DNA of 64,000 nt from Phoronis australis (lineage: Eukaryota > Animalia > Phoronida), in NCBI GenBank assembly GCA_002633005.1, contig NMRA01000018.1, positions 443,846-507,845 of the forward strand. Reading direction: 5' to 3'. The translations under genes and the position numbers were made by a program. This document shows, piece by piece, positions 12,501 through 25,318 of this stretch. Each line of letters begins with the position of its first letter. Position 1 is the stretch's first letter. The notes under the pieces are model-generated. The model was not told where the DNA came from and searched no databases. It was given only the letters and a program-made list of their open reading frames with translations.

Positions 12501-15500
12501 GTCTTTTGAGTCCAACCTGAATATTAAATCTTAAAAATGTGTAGATAATTAACTACAGAGACGTAAAAAAATACATTAGAGAACACGTCAAAGAGTTGTC
12601 TGAACAAAGGGTATATTTTTCGGAAAACTAGGTTCGAATCATAAAAAGTAAATATAACCTAATTGCGGCGATCGTAGTGTTACGGATTAGGTATTATGGC
12701 GAATGCAGGGTTACGTTTCTTCTTGTAAATTGTTGATAATGCTTTCTACACGAACCAGGTCATATACTCGTATTGATGACGAGTACGCTGAAGATATATT
12801 CGACAGTGATGGCTCATCATATTTTGCTGTGGTGTGCAATTCGTCACATCTGGTTTAATTTGTTAATCCTGGTGAGGTAGGGACTACTGGGACTAACAGT
12901 TGATTTGTCATTGATCTGGAAGAATAATTGATGCTATTAAATATATTTTTTTTTAAATAAATAACCGGGCTGGTAATTGAAAATAAAAAATTATTTGACC
13001 ATCAATTCTACTTTGTTGGTTTTAAAAATTCTTACGTCTATTTCATGTGTTAGGTTTCAAAGATCAATGTGGACCAAGTTGAATTTTAAAATTAAAACAC
13101 CTTCGTTCGTCTAAAGCATAATCTCGTTTTAGAGCTCAATTTCAGTTAACTGGACAGAGCAAGCATAGTTATCGTGTTTCTTTCGAGGCCTCGTTCATCC
13201 GAGGGGAAAGGTGGCTATGCCTTCTGAGAGGGGAATCTTTTCGCCGAGTGAGGGGAAAAATCTCGGCTACCTCCCGATCACATAGCACCCCCGCCCTGTT
13301 GCAAGTTCTCATAGGCTCTGTCTCAAGAAGCATTTTGTGCTCTTTCAAATTGTCACCTGTGTGGTTAGGTGATTTGAACTGCGAAGAGAAATTTTCAATT
13401 ACGGAATTTTTAGGTCTCGTGGGGGAAATTTTGCGTGATTTTTGAATATTTTTGAGAGGGTAATAGGGACGATATTCGGCCCCAAAATCGAGGGATTGAG
13501 GGCTATGTCCTATTTGGAAAGAAAATGCATCATGTTTCAACCCGTATGAAAACACAGCCTGGCTGGCCGCACTGAGATTCTCGGTTGTTGCTATGATGCT
13601 CGGCAACAGAGATACGACAAAATATGATCTAGCTTTTGGAAAACATTTATAAATTTTACACGGACATGTTTTCCTTCATCGCGGCGTATGACAACGACCC
13701 AACGCTTCCGAATCTCAACGTCCTTAGGGATTGCAAAACAGACAGTTGAATGTCCGTGTTTTTTGTAGTCGTTCGAGCAACGCGGAATACAATTAACCGT
13801 GTGCCGATAAGCCAACAGAGCTATCGTAGCGAGCCTCGTTTTGGAACGCGCCTCCTGTCGGCGTGAATTACGTCTATAATATATCGTGAGTGACTGCAGC
13901 AGAGTAACAAAGAGGTCGAACTGTGCATGATCCGATGCATGAAGTGGTAAGATTTCAATTTAATCGTAGATATACACGAAGAGGGTATGGACTGAAGTTT
14001 CATCGAATTCGATTTCATCTAAGTATAACAAAGGTCGTAAACTCAGTGAATAACACTGAGTTACAGCTGCAGGCGGAGGCAAAACATTACGTTTCAACCT
14101 TAAATTAGTCTTCAAAAGAACATGAAACATTTTGCACAATGTGCCTGCCTAAAGTTTCGAACGTTATTATCAACTAGTTACGATAGAACTCGACTACAGT
14201 CATTAACATATCGACTTGTAATTTTGCGAAAATTAACGATAAATAATCAGTCCGTACTAGAGCAAATACAAGGAAGATGGCAACTGAAACGACCCACGAT
14301 CCAGGGGCGAAAGTAAATACCAGTGCGAATCCCCCAATGGATGCCCGGTGTCAGGGCTGAATTGGATTTAAATAAGCGGCAACACACTCTTTACTCATGA
14401 TGTGGAGGAGAAACTCTATGAACCATTCACGACTCTTGAAAGGAAACAAGGTGCGCTCCGTAAATAGAGATACGCAAGACCACATAAACTTACGGAAGCT
14501 CGCCACAACATGGCTTTTTTCCTCGGGAAGGCTCGAAACTTTGCTATCGCAAACTGGTGAAGTGGACACCATTGAAGTGAGGCCATTAAAGGAGCATACC
14601 ACCCCAAAACAACCTAATTTGTATCAATTTAGATCGAGTAGTTCTACTCCATAACGATCAACGGTTGCGTTACCTGACACTTGACGGCAGACGGAGGTTT
14701 TGAAATTATCCAATGACGTCATCGGTTTCACACGCAGTCTGTTCAGCAGTCCACTACACGGGTTACTGGTGTCAGCTTATCGCTTGAAGTCATCGTTTAA
14801 CACCAATAAATCATCAAACTTCGATGTAAAACCCTTAAAAATACACCGAGTTCTTATAAAATGTGTTGTTTTATTTCGCTCTTACGGACTTATTGGTATT
14901 TGGACACACCTTAGCCTACAAAGTTCGGCAGGCCATTAAGGTCTGTATCAGGAGTTTGGGGTCTGTTCGGAGATAATTTCGAAGTATTTTCCGTGAGATA
15001 CAGACAGGAGAACCTAGATCTGTGTTGTTTAGACTTGTGATATTTTTAGTTTTAAGCACAAAACGCTTGTTATCCTGGCCAGTGGCTCGGAGCCCGATCA
15101 GGCCCGTCACGGCCGGCCGGATTGACTCCGCGTTATCCCCGCCCCGCGCCAGTGGCTCGGAAACTCTGTGATCAGACATCACGAACATAAACCAATCCAA
15201 AGTTCAATGGAAACTAAACATCCAGTCAAGAAAATACTATACTAGTGAACCAAAGTAATGTGCACCTGATTATGTTTGTGAATTAGCCACGAAACTGCAA
15301 ATCTACTTACTCGTCGGGGGGGGGGGCGAATTCAGCCGGGTTCCACTTTGGCCACAGCACCCGGCCGTTAGGGCAGAAGTTGTACATTGACAATCATTAT
15401 TTGAGTAATGTAAATGTAAATAAAGATTCCCCTAACACCTTGCAGTGGGATGGAAATCGAGTTGTTTCACAACAGTTTCTGCCAGCAAACCCTAAAGTAG

Positions 15501-18500
15501 CATGAGCTCACACGGCCTAGGTGTCCCGGCGTCAATTAGTTTTACTTGCACCTAAAGCCGGTAACGCAGTGATTTATTCATTGCTGGCTTCTCAAATCAT
15601 TTGCACTCACGAACACTCCGTAGGTATTACAAACTGCGTCTAATGAGAAAGACTTTGTTTCAGTTTTATATAAGTATTGGTTAGGGTGAGAATAATTCAT
15701 TTTGAAACAGAACGCTCAGTAGTACTGAATAACGCCGCCAACATGGCCCACTCGCAATCCCGACTTGAGACGAGCTAGAGCTCATCAGTCCCGACTTCGC
15801 AGGTGGATCCTTAAGTTTTACAGGCTATCAATTCGAACAGGAATACAGTGATGAAGAAATACTAGAGAGGCGCCGTGAACAAGCTCAGACAACGGAGCGT
15901 ATGGAGTTATTTGGTAAGCCGGCATTCGTCAGGCACTGTCGACGTCTGCAGGCCACAGACACGGTGATGTTTCACAGCCTCATACTTGCTATTTACAGCG
16001 TACATTTCATTCTTCACTACCATGAGCCACTTCCTAAGCATTTCGGACTCTCGATGAAGTAAAAAAAAAACGATAAACCAGCCTCCCGTTCAGTAACGCT
16101 AGGACCTCGATCGCTAAAAAGCAAGACTTCGCGAGATTACGTGAGATATTGCCATGTATTTTAAATGAGAACACGTGACCTTGATTAGACTTTGGCTAGG
16201 TCCTAGCATAGGTCCTAACGTCTACTGAACGCACGCCCGCTTTCCTCGCAGCTACTTAGTTCGGACAAGCGGAACGATGCACCGCAACATAGTGGCATTC
16301 ACACTGCATGTGAACCACTGACGTCGCTAGCATCGTTTCTCACCTTCCTCACAGGTTAACGCGACACCTCTTAGCAAGGTAAAGTCGACCGTATGCGAGG
16401 CGATGTGGATATAGACCGATTAAGATGGCAAAAAGACTAATTAAATCGGGTGGCATTCTCCTTTAACTCACTTTTCCGCTCCATAACCCAAGATTGTGTG
16501 GCGAGTGCGTTGCAGCAAGGAATGCGCCCAACGCCACACAAACTTACAAGGAAATTTGTTTGGTCAGGAATTTTTAGCACAGTGAGCAATGCCTTATAAA
16601 CCATTTCACTTACAAAGTTCTTCTCTAAAAATATATTTCTGCCTGAATTACTCTGAGAATGTTTCTCACACTGGCGCCTTCTAACAGTGACTTACGGTGT
16701 GCAGACGGGCTGTGAATATGATTGGCTAAGGATGACCCCGTCAGCCGCAAGTTGGTCGAGATTTGGCGTAAAAAAGTATTCATTGTGGTAGCCAACGTCA
16801 CTGTAACCTGAAACGGAAGTTATTAAAATAAAGAGCATCTGAAACTAAAAATAAATCAGTGTTCAAAAATGCACGCTATTGCAAAGTTTACATAACACCA
16901 ACTACATGAAAGTTGATTTTATCTACTTAATATAAAATCTTGAATATTTTTTGTGAAATTGGTTTACTCCTCAAAACGAGTTGAATAAAGGCCCTTTCAT
17001 ACCTGGCCTGACCTGGAGCGTCGGCGTAAACAATGAAGTTGCTTGTGGGCAAATAGCGTTGCCGATTTTTTTCCTTAAATTGTTATACGCGATTATTACC
17101 CAAACTGACTACGACATTTTTAACTATTTTTCTTAATTCTGGGAGTAACTGTACTCCCGATACGGGTACCGCTTTAAAAGGTTGCCAAAAGGTATTGTGA
17201 CGCATTGTCGTCCTCCAGAGACTGATTGTTATGCAGGTGTATGGAATACAGGTTATCTCAAATGTTCGCGACAAGTTTTCAAGATCATCACATTGCTCAG
17301 TAAAATTAATTTTCCATTGATTCCATCGTTTAACACTACTGTAGCTTTGTGTGCCTCCGTGGCATGATGTTAACAAGATTTGATAAAAGTTTCAAATGCT
17401 ATGTTTTCTACGATTAATGGACGAGATCTTCCCTCATAAACCTGGCTAACGTTCAGTATCGCTAGGACCTCGCTAAAAAGCAAGACTTCGCGAGATTACG
17501 TGAGATATTGCCGTGCATTTTAGATGAGAGCACTTGACTTTGACTAGGTTTTAGCTAGGTCTTAGCGTAGGTCCTAGCGTCTACAGAACGCACGCCTGGT
17601 GTCAGTCCCTCCCATTGTTTGATTAAATGAAGTTCACTGACGTATTTTAGCTTTTTGACCCTGGCTGAGATCAAAATTTGCCCTCTTGATTATCGGCAGC
17701 CATTGGCTTTGTCGAGGATAAATCTTTGCAGTGGGAAATGCATGGAGCAGGATGTTCTTGCTCATCAATTGATATTTCAAAACGTTTGCCTTTTATCATA
17801 AGAAACTGATACATCCCACCGCACAGCAGTGAAAATGTGCTACCATTATAATAGCAGGGAAGGTGTTAAAACGCTATTTATTCCAGTATGATGAAACCAC
17901 CCCTCCGCATTACATGCGATCTGCCGGTGGCGCTGAACGCCTGTTCCACCAAAGACCAGCCGTCTGGCAGGTTAGTGAATTACATGATGGCGCGGTTATT
18001 TCTTAAGTTAGCTATTGCGTCGCACGACGTTTATTTTATGCAATAGCATCTCTATTTATTTTCCCCGATTTTGCGTTTTTCTTACGTCGGAGATTTTAAG
18101 AATTTTTGTGTCTTGACTTTTACACGTAACAATAACAGCGTGGTGACACTCTAATCGCTAGAGGTTTGCGTTATCCCAAAACTGCTAGCGTTCTCGTTAG
18201 AACTTTTGCAGTCAGGCCCTTACTTCACACATGCGCATGGGTAAGAGGCTTTTGTTTATAGTCGCGTTACTCAATTTATGGCGGAGAATGAACGCACCAT
18301 TTTGATGGTGGTGAGCAAACAAATCTGCTGGAAAAAATTGCCCCTTTGCGGACAGCTCGTCTGTCAGGCTAAAATACTAGAGTTTTGCTAGCGCTCAGGA
18401 CCTTAGTATGTGTTGATTATAACTCATTGCGTACATTTTCTGGCACCATTGTTCAATTGATGTATTTTTACAAGGACCTCACACCAACGCTTAACCATCT

Positions 18501-21500
18501 TTGAAAATTTGAGGCGATTCATGTTTTAAAAATCGTCAAAATTTTGAGTCAGATGAAATGTTGCGTGTTCATTGTAGTTATTTAAAACACGTTTTGCTGG
18601 TGACGTTTTGTGCCTGCATTAAACGCTCTTGATGTAAACTTGAGTAGAAAAGCAGATGTTAACGATGACGCTTCTGAGATATTTTTAACGAGTTTCAATA
18701 AATGCATCAAACGAACAATAACACTATCGTGAAATTGAAATACACGTACTTACACATGGCTTGTGTGTTCGGTAAATTGAAACTTTGCATGCGTTTATGT
18801 CAAACAAAATGACTGGAGAATGTTATAAAAAATTGTGAAAAAAGTACGATTTAACCTCACACATCAGAAATACCAGAATTGAAAATTTCTTTGAAACAAG
18901 TGTTAACGCATAGATGATCTTTGATGATAATTACAAACCAAATACACGTTTTACTCTCGGCGGCGGATTATTAAAACAATATAAGTATACATTTTTGCAA
19001 GTCTACATTTAGCGTTAAGGAAAAGTAGGAGCTTAATTCTCAAGGAAATCAAAAATCGAAATGACTGAAAATGGATTATCAGTTTAATTGAAGTCGTTTT
19101 GAATAACTTGCATATTTAGAACATAAAAATGTGTTTAAAGAATTGCCAAGGATAAAATGAAAAATAGCTTTCTCTTCGTTCGATAACTGCATTTTGAAAA
19201 TCCACAAAGGTTGATATTTATTCAAGTTACTACAATAAACACAAAAAATCACGTGACCTAAATTTTGGTGATATTAAAAATGTAAATCAAATTATCTGAG
19301 ACCCAGATTAGATTTTGTTCAAACTGGTGACATGTCGGCTAAGGGAAGATATTGATTCAGATTTACGCAAAATCTCAAGTAGAACGACCAGGCAAATTCT
19401 ATTTATTTGAAAAATTCTAGACCAAAAGCCCAAAGAGCAATTTGTAAGTAAAATTAATGTTCTAAAGCTAAACGTCGTCCTGACACTGTGTAAAAATACT
19501 GTGATAAATTGCCCACACTAAACACGAAAGGATTAGCAGATAGTTAACTGAATCGATGACCGATTCCTTCGTCTCCGATCCAGGCCTGCGTTCTGTAGAG
19601 CCAAGAAACTCGAAAAATGCAAGATAACAAATAACATCGCGAGATAACGCCGGTCTGATGTTTCTAAATAAAAGACACCAAACCGCAAGAAACAACTAAT
19701 CGGTTAATTGTCTGGAAATGCACCATGTTTTCAACTACAAGCATTTTACAATCGTCAAGTTTCGCATTTCATTTCGTCAATGACACATCAAACCCAAACA
19801 AAATTAATAGATTTCATCAAACTACAGTACATGGTTTTCTATTAACATATTTTACGCGGAAAACGCAACGACTGCTCTTCGAAAGATACCAAAATTTACG
19901 TCAGTTTCGTTGTTGTTCGTTTCCGGAATTATTAATTTTCCCGATTTAGTTCAATAGGTCATCAAAGCTTTACAAAGTTGTCGACAAAGCCGAAATTAAA
20001 ACGGGCTTGAAAAGGAACAAGACATGAGCAAAGGCTTAGAAAAAGCATAAGGCGAATTTTAACGTGTTCGGCAAGTTTGCGATAAGCAACAACGCAAGAC
20101 ATACGAACAAGTTCAGCGTCAAGCAATTCACAGTGAGCTTGGTGTGCTCGAAATTTACATATTAAATAGCATGTGTCGCAGTTTTAGTAACGTTTTCTAT
20201 TTATTTATCGTTATTACTTTTAACCCTTCAAAATACTTCAAATAGGTCTACGTAATTAAAGAAATTGATGTCATTTTAAATTCGTCCCGGTATGAAGCGT
20301 TATTAGCCTATAATTGTTTTATCTGAAAATAAAAATGGAAGTGACGTTCGAACGTTATTATGGGTTTTGACTGGCCTTATGAAACGCAGACAACTGAACA
20401 ACAACAACATTAGCCAGAAATTTCAAATGGCTTTACGCAGACCAGTATGCTAACGTTCGTTTCAAGCTAATGTTTTTTTCATAAATATGGACTCTGGTTC
20501 AATACTTTGCATTTTAAATAGAACTTCAAATATACTCTGTTCTACAAGATATTAAAGTGTCTTTAATTATAGTTTTCTCAGCTGAGATTCTAGTCCAATC
20601 TAGCTCCAGGAGCCTCCCACATTTAAGATACAAACTCGAGTAGAAATACGAGATTTTGATTTCAGATTCGAATTTAAAACTTTAAGGCTGTCATAGGCGG
20701 ACCCAGGAGGGTAAGTGGGGTCCGGATCATCCCCTTTTCCCTCGGTTTTCGTCATATCAAATCTGGAATTGTCAAATTGATGACTTTTGAAAAAATCCTT
20801 GATCCGTCCCCCCTTTTGAAAAATCCTGGATCCGATCCTGACTGTGCTCTCCAATTGCAAATTAGGCATTCACGTATACCATAATATCCTCGTGTTCAGA
20901 ACAACGACACTTATCTTGAGTTCGCTTCAAACTTAACAAACATGTCAAAAATATTCCCGAGTTCGATTTCTAAGACCGGCTCTGAAGCCATTTGCATGCC
21001 GCGTTCTTTTCAGTAACGTTTGTTGGGACCACTAATTTTTACTTCGAACACGACCGTTGTCATATTTGGTGAGGATCAAAAGAATAAAAAACACCTTTTG
21101 TGGAAATTCGAGGAATCGTTTGACTTTCCGTCTGTATTCACACGTCGTGCTGAGGTGGTAACAAGAAGTCACGTGTCAAGCAACACGCAAACAGTGTGAA
21201 CTTACCAGTCATGAGATTCACTACCATGTACATGTATGATCAGAATGATCGTATTTTGTACGTAATCAAGATGATTTTTGGCGAGCTAATCTTGAAAAAC
21301 GTCGATGTTAGCAAGTTGCATGGCTTTACAAAACATGTATATTATAATAAATCTTTCATATCCATGGAATTATTGTAAAACTTGAGTAGAAATTTGGCAG
21401 TAAACCACTTACCCAAATCGTCAGCAACAATAAATACTATATTTGGAGGATTTTTTTCTCCGTTTTGCTTCTTCTGTGTTGCGTACGTTGAAACAAAAGT

Positions 21501-21536
21501 CAACAAAAGCACCAAAGTAAAAATTGCGCCCTTCAT
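6473..21536 (-). CDS. ARSB: Arylsulfatase B/I/J-like sulfatase, 5' part (6 exons; remaining 3' exons not found, probably left of the window)
   Basis: Phase-consistent GT-AG exons join into: signal peptide, PPNIVFIVADDLGYSDVGYH, TPNLDQLAADGVIL, catalytic CTPSRTAYMTG (CxPxR formylglycine motif), YATHMVGKWHLG, PTYRGFDSFYG, PLFLYMAHLSPHEPIQV and RRKYCG. The symbol marks the family only; orthology is not established. Confidence 0.93.
6880..7160. mobile_element. Degenerate Harbinger-like MITE
   Basis: Imperfect TIRs ggtgcgtttcatgaagtgacttaaaacttaag / cttaagccctaagttacttttcatgaaaaagaacc; CTG flanks. Confidence 0.45.
8194..8295 (-). CDS. ARSB: Arylsulfatase exon 5
   Basis: ttccag|TLLSEKAVDIINNHDVSKPLFLYMAHLSPHEPIQ|gtaaga. 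Confidence 0.92.
8699..8870 (-). CDS. ARSB: Arylsulfatase exon 4
   Basis: tcaaag|WHLGQCSWNCTPTYRGFDSFYGNYNGKLDYFQHTLRGYTDLRDNELPVTDQVGKYAT|gtaaga. Confidence 0.93.
8917..9058. mobile_element. Short palindromic MITE
   Basis: TIRs ggctacacttgattgac..ccggttccgc / gcggaaccggcaaagtcaatcaaatgcagcc; a related palindrome follows at about 9128-9273. Confidence 0.5.
10083..10238 (-). CDS. ARSB: Arylsulfatase exon 3
   Basis: ttcaag|SRTAYMTGLYPFRTGQQHAVIMPDRPHCVPLELKMLPEYMKDLNYATHMVGK|gtaaga. Confidence 0.93.
11115..11250 (-). mobile_element. Possible Nin-domain SINE fragment
   Basis: Minus strand ggtatgctcccggggagttcag...gggtagataatt resembles the conserved Nin core (gtatgctccccagggagttgag), recalled from memory. 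Confidence 0.4.
13660..13815 (-). pseudogene. THAP-domain exon remnant of a DNA transposon (Harbinger/ISL2EU-type)
   Basis: NCIPRCSNDYKK..CFAIPKDVEIRKRWVVVIRRDEG, ending at a GT donor; THAP signature C-x-C..FP..W. Confidence 0.65.
14590..16462 (-). mobile_element. Non-autonomous Kolobok-type DNA transposon, copy 1 (opposite orientation to copies 2 and 3)
   Basis: TTAA|AGGAGCATACCACCC ... GGGTGGCATTCTCCT|TTAA; internal homology to copies at 24.8-27.2 kb and 34.2-38.5 kb; degenerate THAP on the minus strand and a GYQFEQEYSDEEILERRRE stub on the plus strand. Confidence 0.85.
16082..16236. mobile_element. Harbinger-like ~155 bp MITE nested in Kolobok copy 1
   Basis: TIR core cgttcagta.cgctaggacct; CNG TSD; absent from the other Kolobok copies; sister copies at 17445 and 50024. 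Confidence 0.75.
16696..16807 (-). CDS. ARSB: Arylsulfatase exon 2
   Basis: tttcag|GYSDVGYHNEYFFTPNLDQLAADGVILSQSYSQPVCTP|gtaagt. Confidence 0.93.
17445..17595. mobile_element. Harbinger-like MITE (same family as 16082 and 50024)
   Basis: Highly similar internal sequence; ctg TSD on both sides. Confidence 0.75.
17620..18000 (-). pseudogene. THAP-domain transposon remnant, family 2 copy a
   Basis: ATG at 17846: MVAHFHCCAVGC..KYQLMSKNILLHAFPTAKIYPRQSQWLPIIKR, with stops; homologous to 55740-56100 including the upstream noncoding sequence. Confidence 0.65.
20692..20840. mobile_element. hAT-like MITE (5-bp TSD family)
   Basis: CATAGGCGGACC ... GGATCCGATCCTG; flanks gctgt/actgt (4 of 5 match). 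Confidence 0.6.
21413..21536 (-). CDS. ARSB: Arylsulfatase exon 1 (signal peptide, PNIVFIVADDLG)
   Basis: ATG at 21536; MKGAIFTLVLLLTFVSTYATQKKQNGEKNPPNIVFIVADDL-G; donor gtaagt. Confidence 0.92.
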
Positions 21537-21612
21537 GATAACTAATGCACTAAGAGTTACTAAGGTATTTATATCACGCAAGCTGTGCGTTACTTTATGA
21601 CAATCGATCCAT

Positions 21613-21619
21613 ATTTATA
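21613..21619 (-). promoter_or_regulatory. Candidate TATA box of the arylsulfatase gene
   Basis: TATAAAT on the minus strand about 77 nt upstream of the ATG. Confidence 0.4.
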
Positions 21620-22355
21620 TGTCGCTGTGAATGTTGTGCCGCCCACTGCCATTGGGAAATCTCGGGGTTGAAGAAGAATATAGGTGTTAGATGCAACGAT
21701 TGTTTGTAAATGTTTATTGCGATAATGTACAATAATTGATGTCAAGCAAGGAAAGTACTGAAAAACATTTTAAGGATTTCAAAAACTGGGCAGCAACAGT
21801 TGGATAAGCGAAATATGGTTCATCAGGGTCAATAAAAAATACTTTGCCGGTGAAATATCGAAAACAATATCGAGTTCACCGACAATTAAAATCAAATAGC
21901 TGGCAATATTAATAGCTACATATATTTGTCACTTTTATATCACCTGTTTATCGAAAACCCATATTTTTGTGTTTCTACGCATTGCAAGAGGTTTTCGTCA
22001 TTTCCTAATGGATCTAAGTTTTTACGAGTCTTACATATATGCAACCCTTTCAATTCTGGGCCACAGCATTTCTTCAGTGTAACGATGCTAAACGTCATCG
22101 AACCTTACTTTCAATAACACACGACACCTTTATCAGGATCTCCTACAGTAAAGTAAAGTACTCTTACAGTGACATCCAACGAGATCACCTGCTTAATATT
22201 GCACTCATAACGTACATTTACTTCGCAAGCCAATACCAGTACGTGTATTATCATCATGATATCTGCTCAGAGTTATCTCCACATGTTACCACGCGCACGC
22301 GTATTTCCAGACGGAAAAGTATGACATTATCTTGTAACGTCGGACTCGAAAAGCA

Positions 22356-22777
22356 NNNNNNNNNNNNNNNNNNNNNNNNNNNNNNNNNNNNNNNNNNNNN
22401 NNNNNNNNNNNNNNNNNNNNNNNNNNNNNNNNNNNNNNNNNNNNNNNNNNNNNNNNNNNNNNNNNNNNNNNNNNNNNNNNNNNNNNNNNNNNNNNNNNNN
22501 NNNNNNNNNNNNNNNNNNNNNNNNNNNNNNNNNNNNNNNNNNNNNNNNNNNNNNNNNNNNNNNNNNNNNNNNNNNNNNNNNNNNNNNNNNNNNNNNNNNN
22601 NNNNNNNNNNNNNNNNNNNNNNNNNNNNNNNNNNNNNNNNNNNNNNNNNNNNNNNNNNNNNNNNNNNNNNNNNNNNNNNNNNNNNNNNNNNNNNNNNNNN
22701 NNNNNNNNNNNNNNNNNNNNNNNNNNNNNNNNNNNNNNNNNNNNNNNNNNNNNNNNNNNNNNNNNNNNNNNNNNNNN
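22356..22777. other. Assembly gap (N run)
   Basis: 422 N; a second gap at 26723-26739 and single Ns at about 6826 and at 24665. Confidence 0.99.
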
Positions 22778-24008
22778 TTTTTTTTAGTCCGCCCGCTTTT
22801 TTGTTACCAAAAGGTCTACTTCAGCAATTCAGTTATAACCGTTTTGGAAATGACTTTTGGAAGATTGGGCCGAATGCCCCGAGTTCTGTTTTATAGAAAG
22901 TTGGAGACATTCTCGCTACTAAATATCAGAGTGATTTGGCAAAAACCCAGCTTCGCATTTATTGCTCAACACACCAAGCCACAGCTTACGACAGCACACA
23001 AAATATGATCTCCACCTGGAACCACATGGCCCCACAACTATTTTCGTTAGGAAAACAAGATTTTACTCAAGTGAACGATACTGGTGTCGATCAAAACCAA
23101 GCTCTCTTCAAAGGAAAAAATAATTGCAAGATTTTATCGAGGTAAGTGCTGTGTGTTTGCCTCTACAGAGCCGTTTTGCATTGAATCACAATTTTATTCC
23201 TTGCAGTACGCGTAGGACTACTTAGAGGAAATTTGTTGAGGCAAACACAGGTGTTTACAGTATCGTTAACAAAGGGGTTTCTTGTTTACTTCATTTTGAA
23301 TGCATCTCAAGCACATGTAACAGCTGAAATACAAAAGGAGTGTTCAACTGTCATGTAATGACGACCAGCAATTCTCCTCGGCGATATGTATCATCTGCAA
23401 GGATTGGAAATTAGTGTCTCTAAAACCTGGATTTGAGTAAGATTTACTAATTTACAAGCGGCGGGTTTCCGCGGCTCACCAAGGTAGAGGTGTTGTGAGG
23501 TATGAAAATTTCGGTGCTCACGCGAGCTGTCAGCATGTTTCGCCGATCTTTTCCCGGCGTCACTGTCCACACTAAAAATCGTTTCGGGTGCGCCGATCTT
23601 AAACACGTAAACGAAGAAATTAACCCGCGGAAGGTCACCGCAGCTCTAAAACTGTGGCGAACAGAGCAAGTGAAAATTGGGACTCCGAAATTTGTGGCAC
23701 GGGCAGTAAAAGCTGTGGCGAAAGGGGCAAGTGTAACGACTAAGGCCCAGACGTTTTGGGCCTTGAGAAACCTTAATTCGGCACTTGGTGCAACATCATC
23801 CCTCTTCAAAAAATAATAACAATAACAATATAAAAACACATGGCGGCTGCAATAATTGCCCACCTTGAAACGTATTTAATTTCTGTAATCGACCGATGGT
23901 TCTGATTTGCACGGTCATCAGAAAATCCCGCGGGTGAGTCCCGCTCGCCCGACAGATATCTCAGCAGACTAAGCTACATGTATGTCACGTGATGTGACCA
24001 ACACATTG

Positions 24009-25318
24009 CGCGGTAAGAATGATAACTCTTACTTGTATCATATACTTCTTTATGTTCCCTGCAAAATGATCTACAGCAAAATCGCTGATATTCTGTAAAA
24101 TTAGTTTATAGGCAAGTCACTGAAATTGCCTTTATAAATCTTAAAAGAGAATGCCACCCGATTTAGCCTTTTTACCGTCTTAATCGGTCTATATCCACAT
24201 TGCCTCGCATACAGTCGACCTTACCTTGCCGAGAGGTGTCGCGTTAACCTGTAAGGAAGGTGAGAAACGACGTAGCGACGTCAGTGGTTCATTTGCACAG
24301 TGAATGTCGGTATGTTGCGGTGCATCGTTCCCGCTTGTCCGAACTATGCAGCTGCCAGGAAAGCTGTATCGTTTTTTCGACTTCCCCGAGAGTCCTAAAT
24401 GCTTAGGAAATGGCCCGCGGTAGTGAAGAATGAAAAGTACACTGTTAATAGCAAGTATAAGGCCGTGAAACATCCCCGCCTGTAGCCAGCAGTCGTCGAC
24501 ACTGGCCGACGAATGCCAGCTTACCAAAGACCTATCTATACGTTCCGTTCAACGGCAAGTTGCCTGTACATGTTCACGGCGCTTCTCTAGTATTTCTTGA
24601 TCACTGTATTTCAGTTCAACTGTGAAACTTAACGATCCACCAGCGAAGTCTTCGTCGGATGAGCNCGCGGTAAGAATGATAACTCTTACTTGTATCATAT
24701 ACTTCTTTATGTTCCCTGCAAAATGACCTACAGCAAAATCGCTGATATTCTGTAAAATTCGTTTATAGGCAAGTCACTGAAATTGCCTTTATAAATCTTA
24801 AAAGAGAATGCCACCCGATTTAGCCTTTTTTACCGTCTTAATCGGTTTATATCTACATTGCCTCGCATACAGTCGACCTTACCTTGTCGAGAGGTGTCGC
24901 GTTTGTAAGGAAGGTGACAAACGACGTAGCGACGTCAGTGGTTCATTTGCACAGTGAATGTCGCTATGTTGCGGTGCATCGTTCCCGCTTGTCCGAACTA
25001 TGCAGCTGCCAGGAAAGCTGTATCGTTTTTTCGACTTCCCCGAGAGTCCTAAATGCTCAGGAAATGGCCCGCGGTAGTGAAGAATGAAAAGTACACTGTT
25101 AATAGCAAGTATAAGGCCGTGAAACATCCCCGCCTGTAGCCAGCAGTCGTCGACACTGGCCGACGAATGCCAGCTTACCAAAGACCTATCTATACGTTCC
25201 GTTCAACGGCAAGTTGCCTGTACATGTTCACGGCGCTTCTCTAGTATTTCTTGATCACTGTATTTCAGTTCAACTGTGAAACTTAACGATCCACCAGCGA
25301 AGTCTTCGTCGGATGAGC
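24009..25318. repeat. ~655-bp tandem duplication split by a single N (probable haplotype/contig-overlap artefact)
   Basis: 24009-24664 is nearly identical to 24666-25318, with scattered SNPs and an N exactly at the junction (24665). Confidence 0.8.

Noticed and set aside
22039-22896. 285-aa ORF
   Set aside because: Artefact of reading through an N gap.
24009-25318. 655-bp direct repeat as a long terminal direct repeat of a composite Kolobok
   Set aside because: The duplication includes flanking DNA outside the TIR and is joined by a single N, which is typical of an allelic contig-overlap artefact.
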